Below are positions 28,944-37,558 of a DNA stretch of 55,572 nucleotides, piece after piece (position 1 is the stretch's first letter; every line of letters begins with the position of its first letter). Source of the stretch: an uncultured Muribaculaceae bacterium (GTDB lineage: Bacteria; Bacteroidota; Bacteroidia; Bacteroidales; Muribaculaceae); assembly GCA_945931475.1 (NCBI GenBank), contig CAMEPD010000004.1, forward strand, positions 1 through 55,572, written 5' to 3'. The notes beneath the pieces are model-generated. The model saw only the letters and a program-made list of their open reading frames with translations, had not been told where the DNA came from and made no database searches. Both the position numbers and the translations under genes were made by a program.

Positions 28944-30434
28944 ATGAGATTTTCAAAGATATACTTCATAGCAGCGGTACTGATAGTTCCGGCGTTAGCC
29001 CTCGATGCCCAACAGACCGCTGTTGAGCCGGGGCAGACCTATACCCTGGAGCAATGCCGCAATCTGGCCCTGCAGAACAACAAGCAGGTGATGATACGTG
29101 TGGAGGAGGCCCGCAAGGCCGGATACCAGAAGGACGAGGCTTTTGCCGCCTACCTGCCGGCTCTCGACTTCGCCGGCGGCTACACCTGGAATCAGCGGAA
29201 AATCGAGATGCTCTCGGAGGACGCACACCTGCCTGTGCAGAATTTCAATCTCGAGACTCAGAAGTACGAGTATTCGGTGGTGAAGAATCCGCTTACCGGC
29301 GAGCCCATCGTGGTCAACGGCCAGCCCATCCCGCAGCAGACAGCCCTGCTGCCTAAAAAAGCTATGGAATACGACGTGCGGAATGTGTTCTTCGGAGCCA
29401 TCACCCTGACGCAGCCCATCTACATGGGCGGCAAAATCGTGGCCATGAACCGCCTGGCCGACGTCAACCGTCAGCTCAACGACAAACTCCTTGAAAACGA
29501 GGGGCAGAACGTGATTTATGCCGTCGACGCCGCTTACTGGACTCTGGTTTCGCTCCATGCCAAGCATGAACTGGCCGTAAGCTACGTGAACCTGCTCGAT
29601 TCGCTCGACCGCGACGTCAAGCTGATGCTCGACCAGGGCGTGTGCACCCGCTCAGACCTGCTGAGCGTCGACGTGCGGCTCAACGAGGCCAACGTCGACC
29701 TGTTGAAAGTGGAGAACGGCCTGTCGCTGGCGCGCATGGCGCTGGCCCAGGTGTGCGGACTGCCGGTAAACTCCGAGATGCACGTCTCCGACGAGAGCGC
29801 CCCGGTGACCGACGCACAGCTCACCGGCGAAATCGCCACCCGATACGATATGGAGAACGTCTACGCTAACCGCGCCGACCTCGAGGCGCTCGCCCTCGGC
29901 GTGAAAGCCCGCCAGGAACAGGCCAACGCTGTGAAGGCCGACATGCTCCCCAACGTAGCCTTTATCGGCGCCTACTCCTTCTCGAACCCCAACTTTTTCG
30001 ACGGCTTCCAGAAACGTTTCACCGGGGCCTTCTCGGCGGGGGTGATGGTGAAGATTCCCCTGTGGCATTGGAAGGGTAACTACAACAAGTACCGTGCCGC
30101 CAAGTCTGACGCCATCATCATGAACCTCAAGCTGCAGGATGCACGCGAGATGGTTGATCTTCAGGTAAGCCAGGCTGCCTACAAGGCACGCGAAGCCGTC
30201 AAGACTTTCGACACCACCAACGCCAACATGGCCAAAGCCGAGGAAAACCTGCGCACGGCACGCCTTGGCTTCCGCGAGGGGGTCATTACCTCCGACGACG
30301 TGATGGCCGCGCAGACCGCGTGGCTCAAAGCCAACTCGGAGCGCATCGACGCCGCCATCGACATACACCTCTGCGACGTGTACCTCCAGAAGGTGCTCGG
30401 CCGGCTCCCTTACCGCATCACCTACGAACAGTGA
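28944..30434 (+). CDS. TolC-family outer membrane efflux protein
   Basis: Signal peptide, two-repeat outer-membrane-efflux architecture, 496 aa, first gene of an efflux operon. Confidence 0.8.
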   Translation: MRFSKIYFIAAVLIVPALALDAQQTAVEPGQTYTLEQCRNLALQNNKQVMIRVEEARKAGYQKDEAFAAYLPALDFAGGYTWNQRKIEMLSEDAHLPVQNFNLETQKYEYSVVKNPLTGEPIVVNGQPIPQQTALLPKKAMEYDVRNVFFGAITLTQPIYMGGKIVAMNRLADVNRQLNDKLLENEGQNVIYAVDAAYWTLVSLHAKHELAVSYVNLLDSLDRDVKLMLDQGVCTRSDLLSVDVRLNEANVDLLKVENGLSLARMALAQVCGLPVNSEMHVSDESAPVTDAQLTGEIATRYDMENVYANRADLEALALGVKARQEQANAVKADMLPNVAFIGAYSFSNPNFFDGFQKRFTGAFSAGVMVKIPLWHWKGNYNKYRAAKSDAIIMNLKLQDAREMVDLQVSQAAYKAREAVKTFDTTNANMAKAEENLRTARLGFREGVITSDDVMAAQTAWLKANSERIDAAIDIHLCDVYLQKVLGRLPYRITYEQ

Positions 30435-30491
30435 GCCGACACAATCCAATCCCACAACAAACCGACAAAATAATCACTTCATAAAAGAGTC

Positions 30492-31526
30492 ATGGAAGAC
30501 AACATACAGAAAGGAGCCAACAACCCCAACATCCTCACCGGCGAACAGAAAAAGGAGAACCGTTTCCTGCTGGCATCGATGGGCATCATCACCATAGCGG
30601 TAGCCGTGCTGGCCATCATCGGTTTCGTGTTCATAAACAAGCCGGCCGAGATACTCGAGGGTCAGGCCGAAGCCACCTCGGTGCGCGTGTCGGGCAAGCT
30701 GCCCGGCCGTGTGATGGAGTTCTACGTTCAGGAGGGCGACATGGTGCACAAGGGCGATACCCTGGTTCACATCCACTCATCGCTTGCCGAAGCCAAGCTG
30801 ATGCAGGCGCAGGGCATGGAGACCGCCGCCCGGGCCATGGACCAGAAGGTCGATGCCGGCACACGCTCGCAGATCAAGCAGTCGGCCTACGAGATGTGGC
30901 AGCAGGCCAATGCCGCCGTCGACATAGCCAAAAAGACCTATACGCGTATCGACAACCTCTACAACGAAGGGGTGGTGTCGGCACAGAAACGCGATGAGGC
31001 CAAAGCGGCCTACGACGCGGCCGTAGCCGCCTCGAAGGCTGCCGAAAGCCAGTATAACCTGGCCGAAGCCGGCGCACAGGCCGAGGACAAGACCTCGGCT
31101 GCCGCCATGGTGAAGGTGGCCCGCGGCGGTGTCAGCGAGGTTGAGGCCTTGCTCGAGGACCAGTACTTGGTAGCGCCCTGCGACGGACAGGTCGACATCA
31201 TCTTCCCCCACGAGGGCGAGTTAGTGTCGCTGGGTTCACCCATAATGAACGTGCTCAAGCTGCAGGACAAATACATCACCTTCAATGTGCGCGAGAAGTA
31301 CCTCAAAGACTTCACCATGGGCAAGGAGGTGACCGTCACCATCCCCTCGATGGACGACAAGAAAGTGAAATGCAAAATCTACTACGTGCGCGACCTTGGC
31401 TCATACGCCACCTGGCACGCCACCAAGTCGAGCGGCGACTGGGACACCAAGACATTCGAGGTGAAGATGCGCCCCGAAGCCGATGTGCCCGACCTGCGCC
31501 CCGGCATGACAGTGATTATCAAGTAA
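30492..31526 (+). CDS. HlyD-family membrane fusion (periplasmic adaptor) protein
   Basis: N-terminal TM anchor, biotinyl/lipoyl-like barrel flanking long coiled coil (AEAKLMQAQG...AKAAYDAAVAAS), C-terminal beta domain. Confidence 0.8.
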   Translation: MEDNIQKGANNPNILTGEQKKENRFLLASMGIITIAVAVLAIIGFVFINKPAEILEGQAEATSVRVSGKLPGRVMEFYVQEGDMVHKGDTLVHIHSSLAEAKLMQAQGMETAARAMDQKVDAGTRSQIKQSAYEMWQQANAAVDIAKKTYTRIDNLYNEGVVSAQKRDEAKAAYDAAVAASKAAESQYNLAEAGAQAEDKTSAAAMVKVARGGVSEVEALLEDQYLVAPCDGQVDIIFPHEGELVSLGSPIMNVLKLQDKYITFNVREKYLKDFTMGKEVTVTIPSMDDKKVKCKIYYVRDLGSYATWHATKSSGDWDTKTFEVKMRPEADVPDLRPGMTVIIK

Positions 31527-31570
31527 CTCCAGTCAATTTTTGTTGTTAAACAAGCCTAAAACCGACAGCT

Positions 31571-32728
31571 TTGCTTAGAGAAGTTATAAAACGGGAATTT
31601 CGGCGCTACATCGCCAGGCCGGTCTACCTTATGGGACTGGTGGTGATTCCTATTGCTCTGGCATTATTCTTCATAGCGATACTCGACGAGGGACTGCCGC
31701 TGCAGGCCCCGGTGGGTATTGTCGACCTCGACCATACGCCGATGTCGCGCCGCCTGACCCGCAACCTCGGAGCATCGGAACTGCTGCAGATCTCCGACAA
31801 GCAGTATAATTCGTACAACGAGGCCCTCGACGGGGTGAAGCGTGGCGAGATAATGGGCTTCTTCGTTATCCCCGAACACTTTGAACGCGACGCCGAGGCG
31901 CAGACCGGCACCAACCTGGCGTTCTACTGCAACCTCACCTACTATGTGCCCGGTTCGCTGGTCTACAAAGCGTTCAAGACCATGGCCGTAACCTCGGCCG
32001 GCGAGGTAGTCACCACCTCGCTTGTGGGAAAAGGACTGTCGCCGGAACTGTCGCGCGTGGCCCTGATGCCCTTGGTGCTCGACATCCGTCCGGTCGGAAA
32101 CCCCTGGATAAGCTACGCCTACTATCTCGGGCCGTCGTTCATTATCGGTTCGGTAGGCCTTATGGCGCTGCTGATGAGCGTGTTCGTGTTCATGAGCGAA
32201 ATCAAGGAGGGCACCTCCCGCAGCTGGCTTGATGCCGCAGGCAACCATATCGCCACGGCTATCTTCGGCAAGCTGATACCGCTCACCCTGGTGCTTACGG
32301 TCGTAGCTGTGTTCGTCCACTCGCTGATGTTCCACTACTGCGGCTATCCCATGAACGGCAACGAATGGAACATGCTGCTGGGGCTGTTGCTCTTCATCAT
32401 AGCGTGTGAGAGCCTTGGCGTGGTGCTCGCGTCGATAATCCCGAGCCCGCGATTCGCTCTGTCGCTGGCGAGCCTCATCGGCATCCTCACCTTCTCGATA
32501 GCGGCATTCTCGTTCCCTGTTGAAGCCATGTACGGCAGCATCGGCATCTTCTCGTACATACTGCCGGTGCGCTACTACTTCCTGATTTACATCGACCAGG
32601 CCCTCAATGGCATCGACCTGTATTTCTCGCGCTGGTGGTATGTGGGGCTGCTCTGCTTCCCCATCGCGGCCACCCTGGTCGCCCCGCTGATGAGACGCTG
32701 GTCGCGCCATCCGGTTTATGTGCCCTAA
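31571..32728 (+). CDS. ABC-2 family transporter permease (YbhS/YbhR-like)
   Basis: N-terminal TM, large extracytoplasmic loop, 5 C-terminal TMs; follows HlyD as in ybhG-type operons. Confidence 0.75.
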   Translation: MLREVIKREFRRYIARPVYLMGLVVIPIALALFFIAILDEGLPLQAPVGIVDLDHTPMSRRLTRNLGASELLQISDKQYNSYNEALDGVKRGEIMGFFVIPEHFERDAEAQTGTNLAFYCNLTYYVPGSLVYKAFKTMAVTSAGEVVTTSLVGKGLSPELSRVALMPLVLDIRPVGNPWISYAYYLGPSFIIGSVGLMALLMSVFVFMSEIKEGTSRSWLDAAGNHIATAIFGKLIPLTLVLTVVAVFVHSLMFHYCGYPMNGNEWNMLLGLLLFIIACESLGVVLASIIPSPRFALSLASLIGILTFSIAAFSFPVEAMYGSIGIFSYILPVRYYFLIYIDQALNGIDLYFSRWWYVGLLCFPIAATLVAPLMRRWSRHPVYVP

Positions 32729-32740
32729 ATTTTTGAATTA

Positions 32741-33937
32741 ATGAAAAGACTCTTCAGAAGCATATATGACTGGTTTGTGAGCGTGGCGCGGGTAATCCGG
32801 CGTCAGTTCCACCTGACCTTTACCGACCTGGGCGTGATGATATTTTTCCTCTTTCTGCCGCTGGTCTACCCCCTGATATATTCGCTGATCTATAACCCTG
32901 AGGTGACCCGCGATATGCCGGTGGTGGTGGTCGACGACTGCCGCACGGCCATGTCGCGCGAATTCGTGCGCCAGTGCGACGCTACCGAGGCCATCAGCAT
33001 CATCGGCTACGCCGCCAATATGTCTGAAGCACGCGAGTGCCTCAACGAGCACCGCAGTTATGCCATCCTGGAAATCCCCAAGGATTACGAACAGCACCTT
33101 GGCCGCGGCGAGCAGGGCGTGGTGCACTTCTACTGCGACATGAGCCTGCTTTTCCGTTACCGTACATTCCTGATGTCGCTCACCACCCTGCAGGTCGATG
33201 AGTGTAGCCGCCTGCGCCAGATTGCTTTCAACACCATCGGCATTCCCGACAACCGTGCCCCGTCGTCGATTCAGCCGCAGGCATTTATGTTAGGTGACAC
33301 GCAGCAGGGTTTCGCGTCGTTCATCATCCCCGGCATCGTGGTGCTGGTGCTTCAGCAGGCCATGCTTTTAGGTATCTCCATGCTGTCGGGCTGGAGTAAC
33401 GAACGGCGGCGCAAGTACGGGTTCGACCCCTTCCAGATACGTTGCAGCGCCTCTGCTACCGTCCTGGGCAAAGGCTTGGCTTTCACGGTCATATTCTTCC
33501 CGCTGGCGATATTCACCCTCCACTTCGTTCCCGAGATATTCCACTATCCGCACATCGGCGACCCGCTGCAGTACCTTGCGCTGATACTGCCCATGCTGAT
33601 GGCGACCTCCTTCCTGGGCATATCCATCGAGGGTATCATGCGCGAGAGGGAGACCTGCTTCATCGCTATAGTGTTCACATCGGTGATTTTTCTCTTCCTG
33701 TCGGGGCTTACCTGGCCGCGCTACGCCATGAACCCCATCTTCGTGATACTCGGCAACTTCATTCCGGCCACCTGGGCCGTGGAGGGTTTCGTGCAAATCA
33801 ACTCCACGGGCGCCGGTCTCAACGAAGTGAGTGCCCAGTACCTGTGGCTGTGGGGCCTTGTTGTCTTCTATATGCTGACAGCCGTCGTGGTGACGCGCTA
33901 CCGCGATAACCGGCGCCTTGTGCCCGCGTCGGTCTGA
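32741..33937 (+). CDS. ABC-2 family transporter permease (second paralog)
   Basis: Same topology as the preceding gene; 398 aa. Confidence 0.75.
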   Translation: MKRLFRSIYDWFVSVARVIRRQFHLTFTDLGVMIFFLFLPLVYPLIYSLIYNPEVTRDMPVVVVDDCRTAMSREFVRQCDATEAISIIGYAANMSEARECLNEHRSYAILEIPKDYEQHLGRGEQGVVHFYCDMSLLFRYRTFLMSLTTLQVDECSRLRQIAFNTIGIPDNRAPSSIQPQAFMLGDTQQGFASFIIPGIVVLVLQQAMLLGISMLSGWSNERRRKYGFDPFQIRCSASATVLGKGLAFTVIFFPLAIFTLHFVPEIFHYPHIGDPLQYLALILPMLMATSFLGISIEGIMRERETCFIAIVFTSVIFLFLSGLTWPRYAMNPIFVILGNFIPATWAVEGFVQINSTGAGLNEVSAQYLWLWGLVVFYMLTAVVVTRYRDNRRLVPASV

Positions 33938-34243
33938 CGATAAGCCTGATAATCCATTATGCCTCCATTTGTGACAGGATTTGTTACCCGTAAAATTCAA
34001 GGGTGTTACAATTGGAAACCGTGATGAAATACAGGACACAATTTTAACACTTTTAAGTTACAACGATACGCTGTGTTTCGAAAATGGTGTACCTTTACAA
34101 GCGGAAATATGGCGGTTTCCTTTAGTCATCTGACTTTTACTGTCCGATTGCTACTACCGGATGTCGGCCTCTTTATCGGTATCCGCCTCTGTTTTCACTA
34201 ACAAATGCGAGAAGACCCAACGTCGTATCGCCGCAATCCTTCA

Positions 34244-34648
34244 ATGAAACAAACAACCCCTGACAACCACGTATCCCGGCCCATCGGCCGAATCCTTGTA
34301 GTGGATTCCGACCAAAATATCTGTGAGATGATACGCGGACAATTTCAGGCGGAAGGTCTTGATACCGACTGGTGTTCAAGCAGCAGACAACTTTACAACA
34401 TCACTCTCGACGAATACTGTCTGATTTTTGTGGATCTTGGTTTCGAGACAGGCGAAGGCCTCAATCTCATCGAACAGATCAAGCAGACTCCCGGATGCGA
34501 CAACATCGGGGTAATAGCCTGCTCCAACAGAATGTCTCCTACCGTGATAATCAGCGCCCTCAATGCCGGCGCAGACGATTATATCCTGAAACCCTTTTCA
34601 CTGCGTGAACTCAAGGCCCGCGCACAAGCCCTGATGCGCTGCTGCTGA
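34244..34648 (+). CDS. stand-alone response regulator receiver domain protein (ORF opens at 34205)
   Basis: CheY-like receiver: acidic pocket VVDSD, phospho-acceptor Asp in IFVDLG, conserved S/T (ACS) and K (LKPF); no output domain. Confidence 0.7.
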   Translation: MKQTTPDNHVSRPIGRILVVDSDQNICEMIRGQFQAEGLDTDWCSSSRQLYNITLDEYCLIFVDLGFETGEGLNLIEQIKQTPGCDNIGVIACSNRMSPTVIISALNAGADDYILKPFSLRELKARAQALMRCC

Positions 34649-34696
34649 ACTCCCTCCTCTGCAAAACCATCGGGGCTACACAAATGTTATTGTATC

Positions 34697-35569
34697 ATGA
34701 TGGCAGTCAACAATAACATACAGCAGCGCAGTTCGCACAAGCCGGGGGTACATGTCTGTAACCCCGAACCGGCGCCGGATTCAATCCCCGTACGCCCCGA
34801 GACCCGCCGCGCCATTCTCGACGGATGCCATGTGACAGTGTTGGTGCTGTCAGTGCTTCTTATCGTGGCCATCTCGTACACATCGTTCAAGTCGATACCA
34901 TTCCTCGACGACAGCCTGTATATGAATTTTCAGCTGGTGGTGTGCCTGGTGTTCATCGCCGACTTCTTCGTGGAGCTGTGGCTCACACCCCGCGGCGAGA
35001 AACACCTGTACGTGCGTTCGCGCATCGCATACCTGCTGCTGTCAATACCCTACCTCAACATCATCGACGCTTTCAGCATACAGCTGAGCTACGACACACT
35101 CTACTTCGTGCGTTTCATACCGCTCTGCCGCGGAGGGCTCGCCCTGGTGATAGTGCTTGACTATCTGGCCGAAAACCGCATCGCGGGCCTGCTGATGAGC
35201 TATATCGCCATAATGGTGCTGGTAATCTACTTTGCGGGTCTGATATTCTTCGCCCGCGAGCAGCCGGTCAACCCCGGCGTCACCAGCTACTGGGATGCAT
35301 TTTGGTGGTGCGTGATGCAGTCGACCACCCTCGGCTGTTCCATCCCGGCGATCACCCCGGCGGCGAAAAGCCTTCAGTTCATCCTGTCGATGATGGGCGA
35401 AATCATGTTCCCCATTTTCACCGTCTACCTCGCCAACCTGATAATAAGGCATCGCAATAGGTTAAAAATAATTAAAAACGAGGATACAAGTGTTAAATCT
35501 TATCCATCGCCAATATCCTCGCAGACATCTCCCGACACGAAAGTTGCTTCTGACGGGAAAATTTCTTAA
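34697..35569 (+). CDS. 6-TM ion transport (voltage-gated-like cation channel) family protein with atypical pore motif
   Basis: Six hydrophobic segments with a re-entrant pore-like region WDAFWWCVMQSTTLGCS between S5 and S6. Confidence 0.6.
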   Translation: MMAVNNNIQQRSSHKPGVHVCNPEPAPDSIPVRPETRRAILDGCHVTVLVLSVLLIVAISYTSFKSIPFLDDSLYMNFQLVVCLVFIADFFVELWLTPRGEKHLYVRSRIAYLLLSIPYLNIIDAFSIQLSYDTLYFVRFIPLCRGGLALVIVLDYLAENRIAGLLMSYIAIMVLVIYFAGLIFFAREQPVNPGVTSYWDAFWWCVMQSTTLGCSIPAITPAAKSLQFILSMMGEIMFPIFTVYLANLIIRHRNRLKIIKNEDTSVKSYPSPISSQTSPDTKVASDGKIS

Positions 35570-35623
35570 CTTTGCACTCGGTTATCGGAGGAGGCTGACG
35601 GCTTCCTCCATTTTATTTTATTT

Positions 35624-36088
35624 ATGATTAGCAAAGAGGACATCCGCCGTACGGTGGAAAAAGCCATCGAAGGCACCCCTGTTTTTATTGTAGACATCAG
35701 CGTTTCGCCCGACGACCGCATCGTCGTGGAGATTGACTCGCCACAGCCGCTCGACATCGACACCTGCGCAGCCGTAACACGCGCCATCGAGGCCGACTTC
35801 GACCGCGACACCGAGGATTACGAGCTCGAAGTGGGTTCGGCCGGCCTCACGGCCCCCTTCAAGGTCCACGGCCAGTACGAAAAGAATGTGGGTCAGACCG
35901 TCGACGTGCTCACCGCCGACGGCCGCAAGTTGCGCGGCACCCTTGTGTCGGCCGGCGACGATGCTTTCGTGCTCCGTACGGCCGTAAAGGTGAAGAACCC
36001 CGGCGACAAACGCCCCCACATCGAGGAGCGCGACGAGTCCCTGCCCTACGACGCGGTAAAGAAGGTGCAGCTCCATCTGGAGTTCTGA
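35624..36088 (+). CDS. rimP: ribosome maturation factor RimP
   Basis: 154 aa, immediately upstream of nusA-infB; sequence pattern of RimP (DISVSPDDRIVVEID...). Confidence 0.85.
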   Translation: MISKEDIRRTVEKAIEGTPVFIVDISVSPDDRIVVEIDSPQPLDIDTCAAVTRAIEADFDRDTEDYELEVGSAGLTAPFKVHGQYEKNVGQTVDVLTADGRKLRGTLVSAGDDAFVLRTAVKVKNPGDKRPHIEERDESLPYDAVKKVQLHLEF

Positions 36089-36146
36089 CCCGAGTGCCCG
36101 CCGCTCACACTCTAATCATTTCTCACGACAAAAAACAAATGAAATA

Positions 36147-37505
36147 ATGGCAAAAAAAGAGGAAACCCCCAACATGGTGGCCAGTTTCGCAGAGTTTAAG
36201 GAACTCAAGAACATCGACAAGACCACTATGATCAGCGTGCTCGAGGAATCATTCCGTAAGGTGCTCTCGAATATGTTCGGCACCGACGAGAATCTCGATG
36301 TCATCATGAACCCCGACAAGGGCGACGTGCAGATTTTCCAGAACCTGGAAGTGGTGCCCGACGGCGAAGTCGAGAACCCCAACCTGCAGATTTCGCTCAG
36401 CGACGCCCGCGCCGACAATGACCCCGAAGTGGAAATCGGCGAGGAACACACCAAAGAGATTATTTTCGCCGACTTCGGCCGACGCGCCATCCTCACTCTG
36501 CGCCAGACACTCCAGTCGAAGATTCTCGAGCTGCAGAAGGAGGCAATCTACGCTAAATTCAAAGACCTCGAAGGCGAGCTCGTCACCGGCGAGGTTTACC
36601 AGACCTGGTCGCGCGAAGCCCTGCTGCTCGACGACGACAAGAACGAACTGTTGCTCCCCAAGAGCCAGTCGATTCCCGGCGACTTCTTCCGCAAAGGCGA
36701 GCACGTCAAAGCCGTCATCGCCCGTGTCGACAACAATAACAACAACCCCAAAATCACCGTGTCGCGTACCAACGAGAACTTCCTGCGCCGCCTTTTCGAG
36801 CTTGAAGTTCCCGAAATTCACGACGGCCTGATCACCATCCGCGCCGTGGCCCGCATCCCGGGCGAGCGCGCCAAAATCGCCGTCGAGAGTTACGACGACC
36901 GCATCGACCCAGTAGGCGCCTGCGTCGGCGTGAAGGGTTCGCGCATCCATGGCATCGTACGTGAGCTCCACAACGAAAACATCGACGTAATCCCCTTCAC
37001 CAACAACCCCTCGCTCTTCATACAGCGCGCCCTGTCGCCCGCCCGCGTATCGTCGATACGCCTCGACGAGGAGGAGAAGAAGGCCGAAGTGTTCCTCAAG
37101 CCCGACCAGGTGTCGCTCGCAATCGGCAAGGGTGGCCTCAACATCAAATTAGCGTCGATGCTCACCGGCTATGTGATTGATGTATACCGTGATACCGACG
37201 AAGCATACGAGGAAGACATCTACCTCGACGAGTTCAAGGACGAAATCGACGAATGGGTAATCGAAGCCATCAAGGAAGCCGGTTGCCTCACCGCCAAAGC
37301 CGTGCTCAACACACCCAAGGACGAGCTCGCCAAGCGTGCAGACCTCGAGGACGAGACCGTAGAGAATGTAATGAACATCCTCTCGGCCGAATTCGAAGAC
37401 GAAGACGCCCCCGCCGCCCCTGCAGAGTCCGCCCCTGCAGCTCCCGCAGCCCCCGAAGCCCCCGCCCCGGAAGCTCCCGCAACTCCCGCAACTCCCGAAG
37501 AATAA
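36147..37505 (+). CDS. nusA: transcription termination/antitermination factor NusA
   Basis: S1 and tandem KH domains (GxxG motifs GVKGSRIHGI, IGKGGLNIK); canonical rimP-nusA-infB synteny. Confidence 0.95.
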   Translation: MAKKEETPNMVASFAEFKELKNIDKTTMISVLEESFRKVLSNMFGTDENLDVIMNPDKGDVQIFQNLEVVPDGEVENPNLQISLSDARADNDPEVEIGEEHTKEIIFADFGRRAILTLRQTLQSKILELQKEAIYAKFKDLEGELVTGEVYQTWSREALLLDDDKNELLLPKSQSIPGDFFRKGEHVKAVIARVDNNNNNPKITVSRTNENFLRRLFELEVPEIHDGLITIRAVARIPGERAKIAVESYDDRIDPVGACVGVKGSRIHGIVRELHNENIDVIPFTNNPSLFIQRALSPARVSSIRLDEEEKKAEVFLKPDQVSLAIGKGGLNIKLASMLTGYVIDVYRDTDEAYEEDIYLDEFKDEIDEWVIEAIKEAGCLTAKAVLNTPKDELAKRADLEDETVENVMNILSAEFEDEDAPAAPAESAPAAPAAPEAPAPEAPATPATPEE

Positions 37506-37558
37506 TACCCTCCACTCTCCGCTCTCCACTAAAATAAATATCCACATAAACCCCATAC

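Noticed and set aside
31664-32710. 348-aa minus-strand ORF opposite the ABC-2 permease
   Set aside because: Arg/His/Glu-rich nonsense translation; the permease frame is clearly coding.
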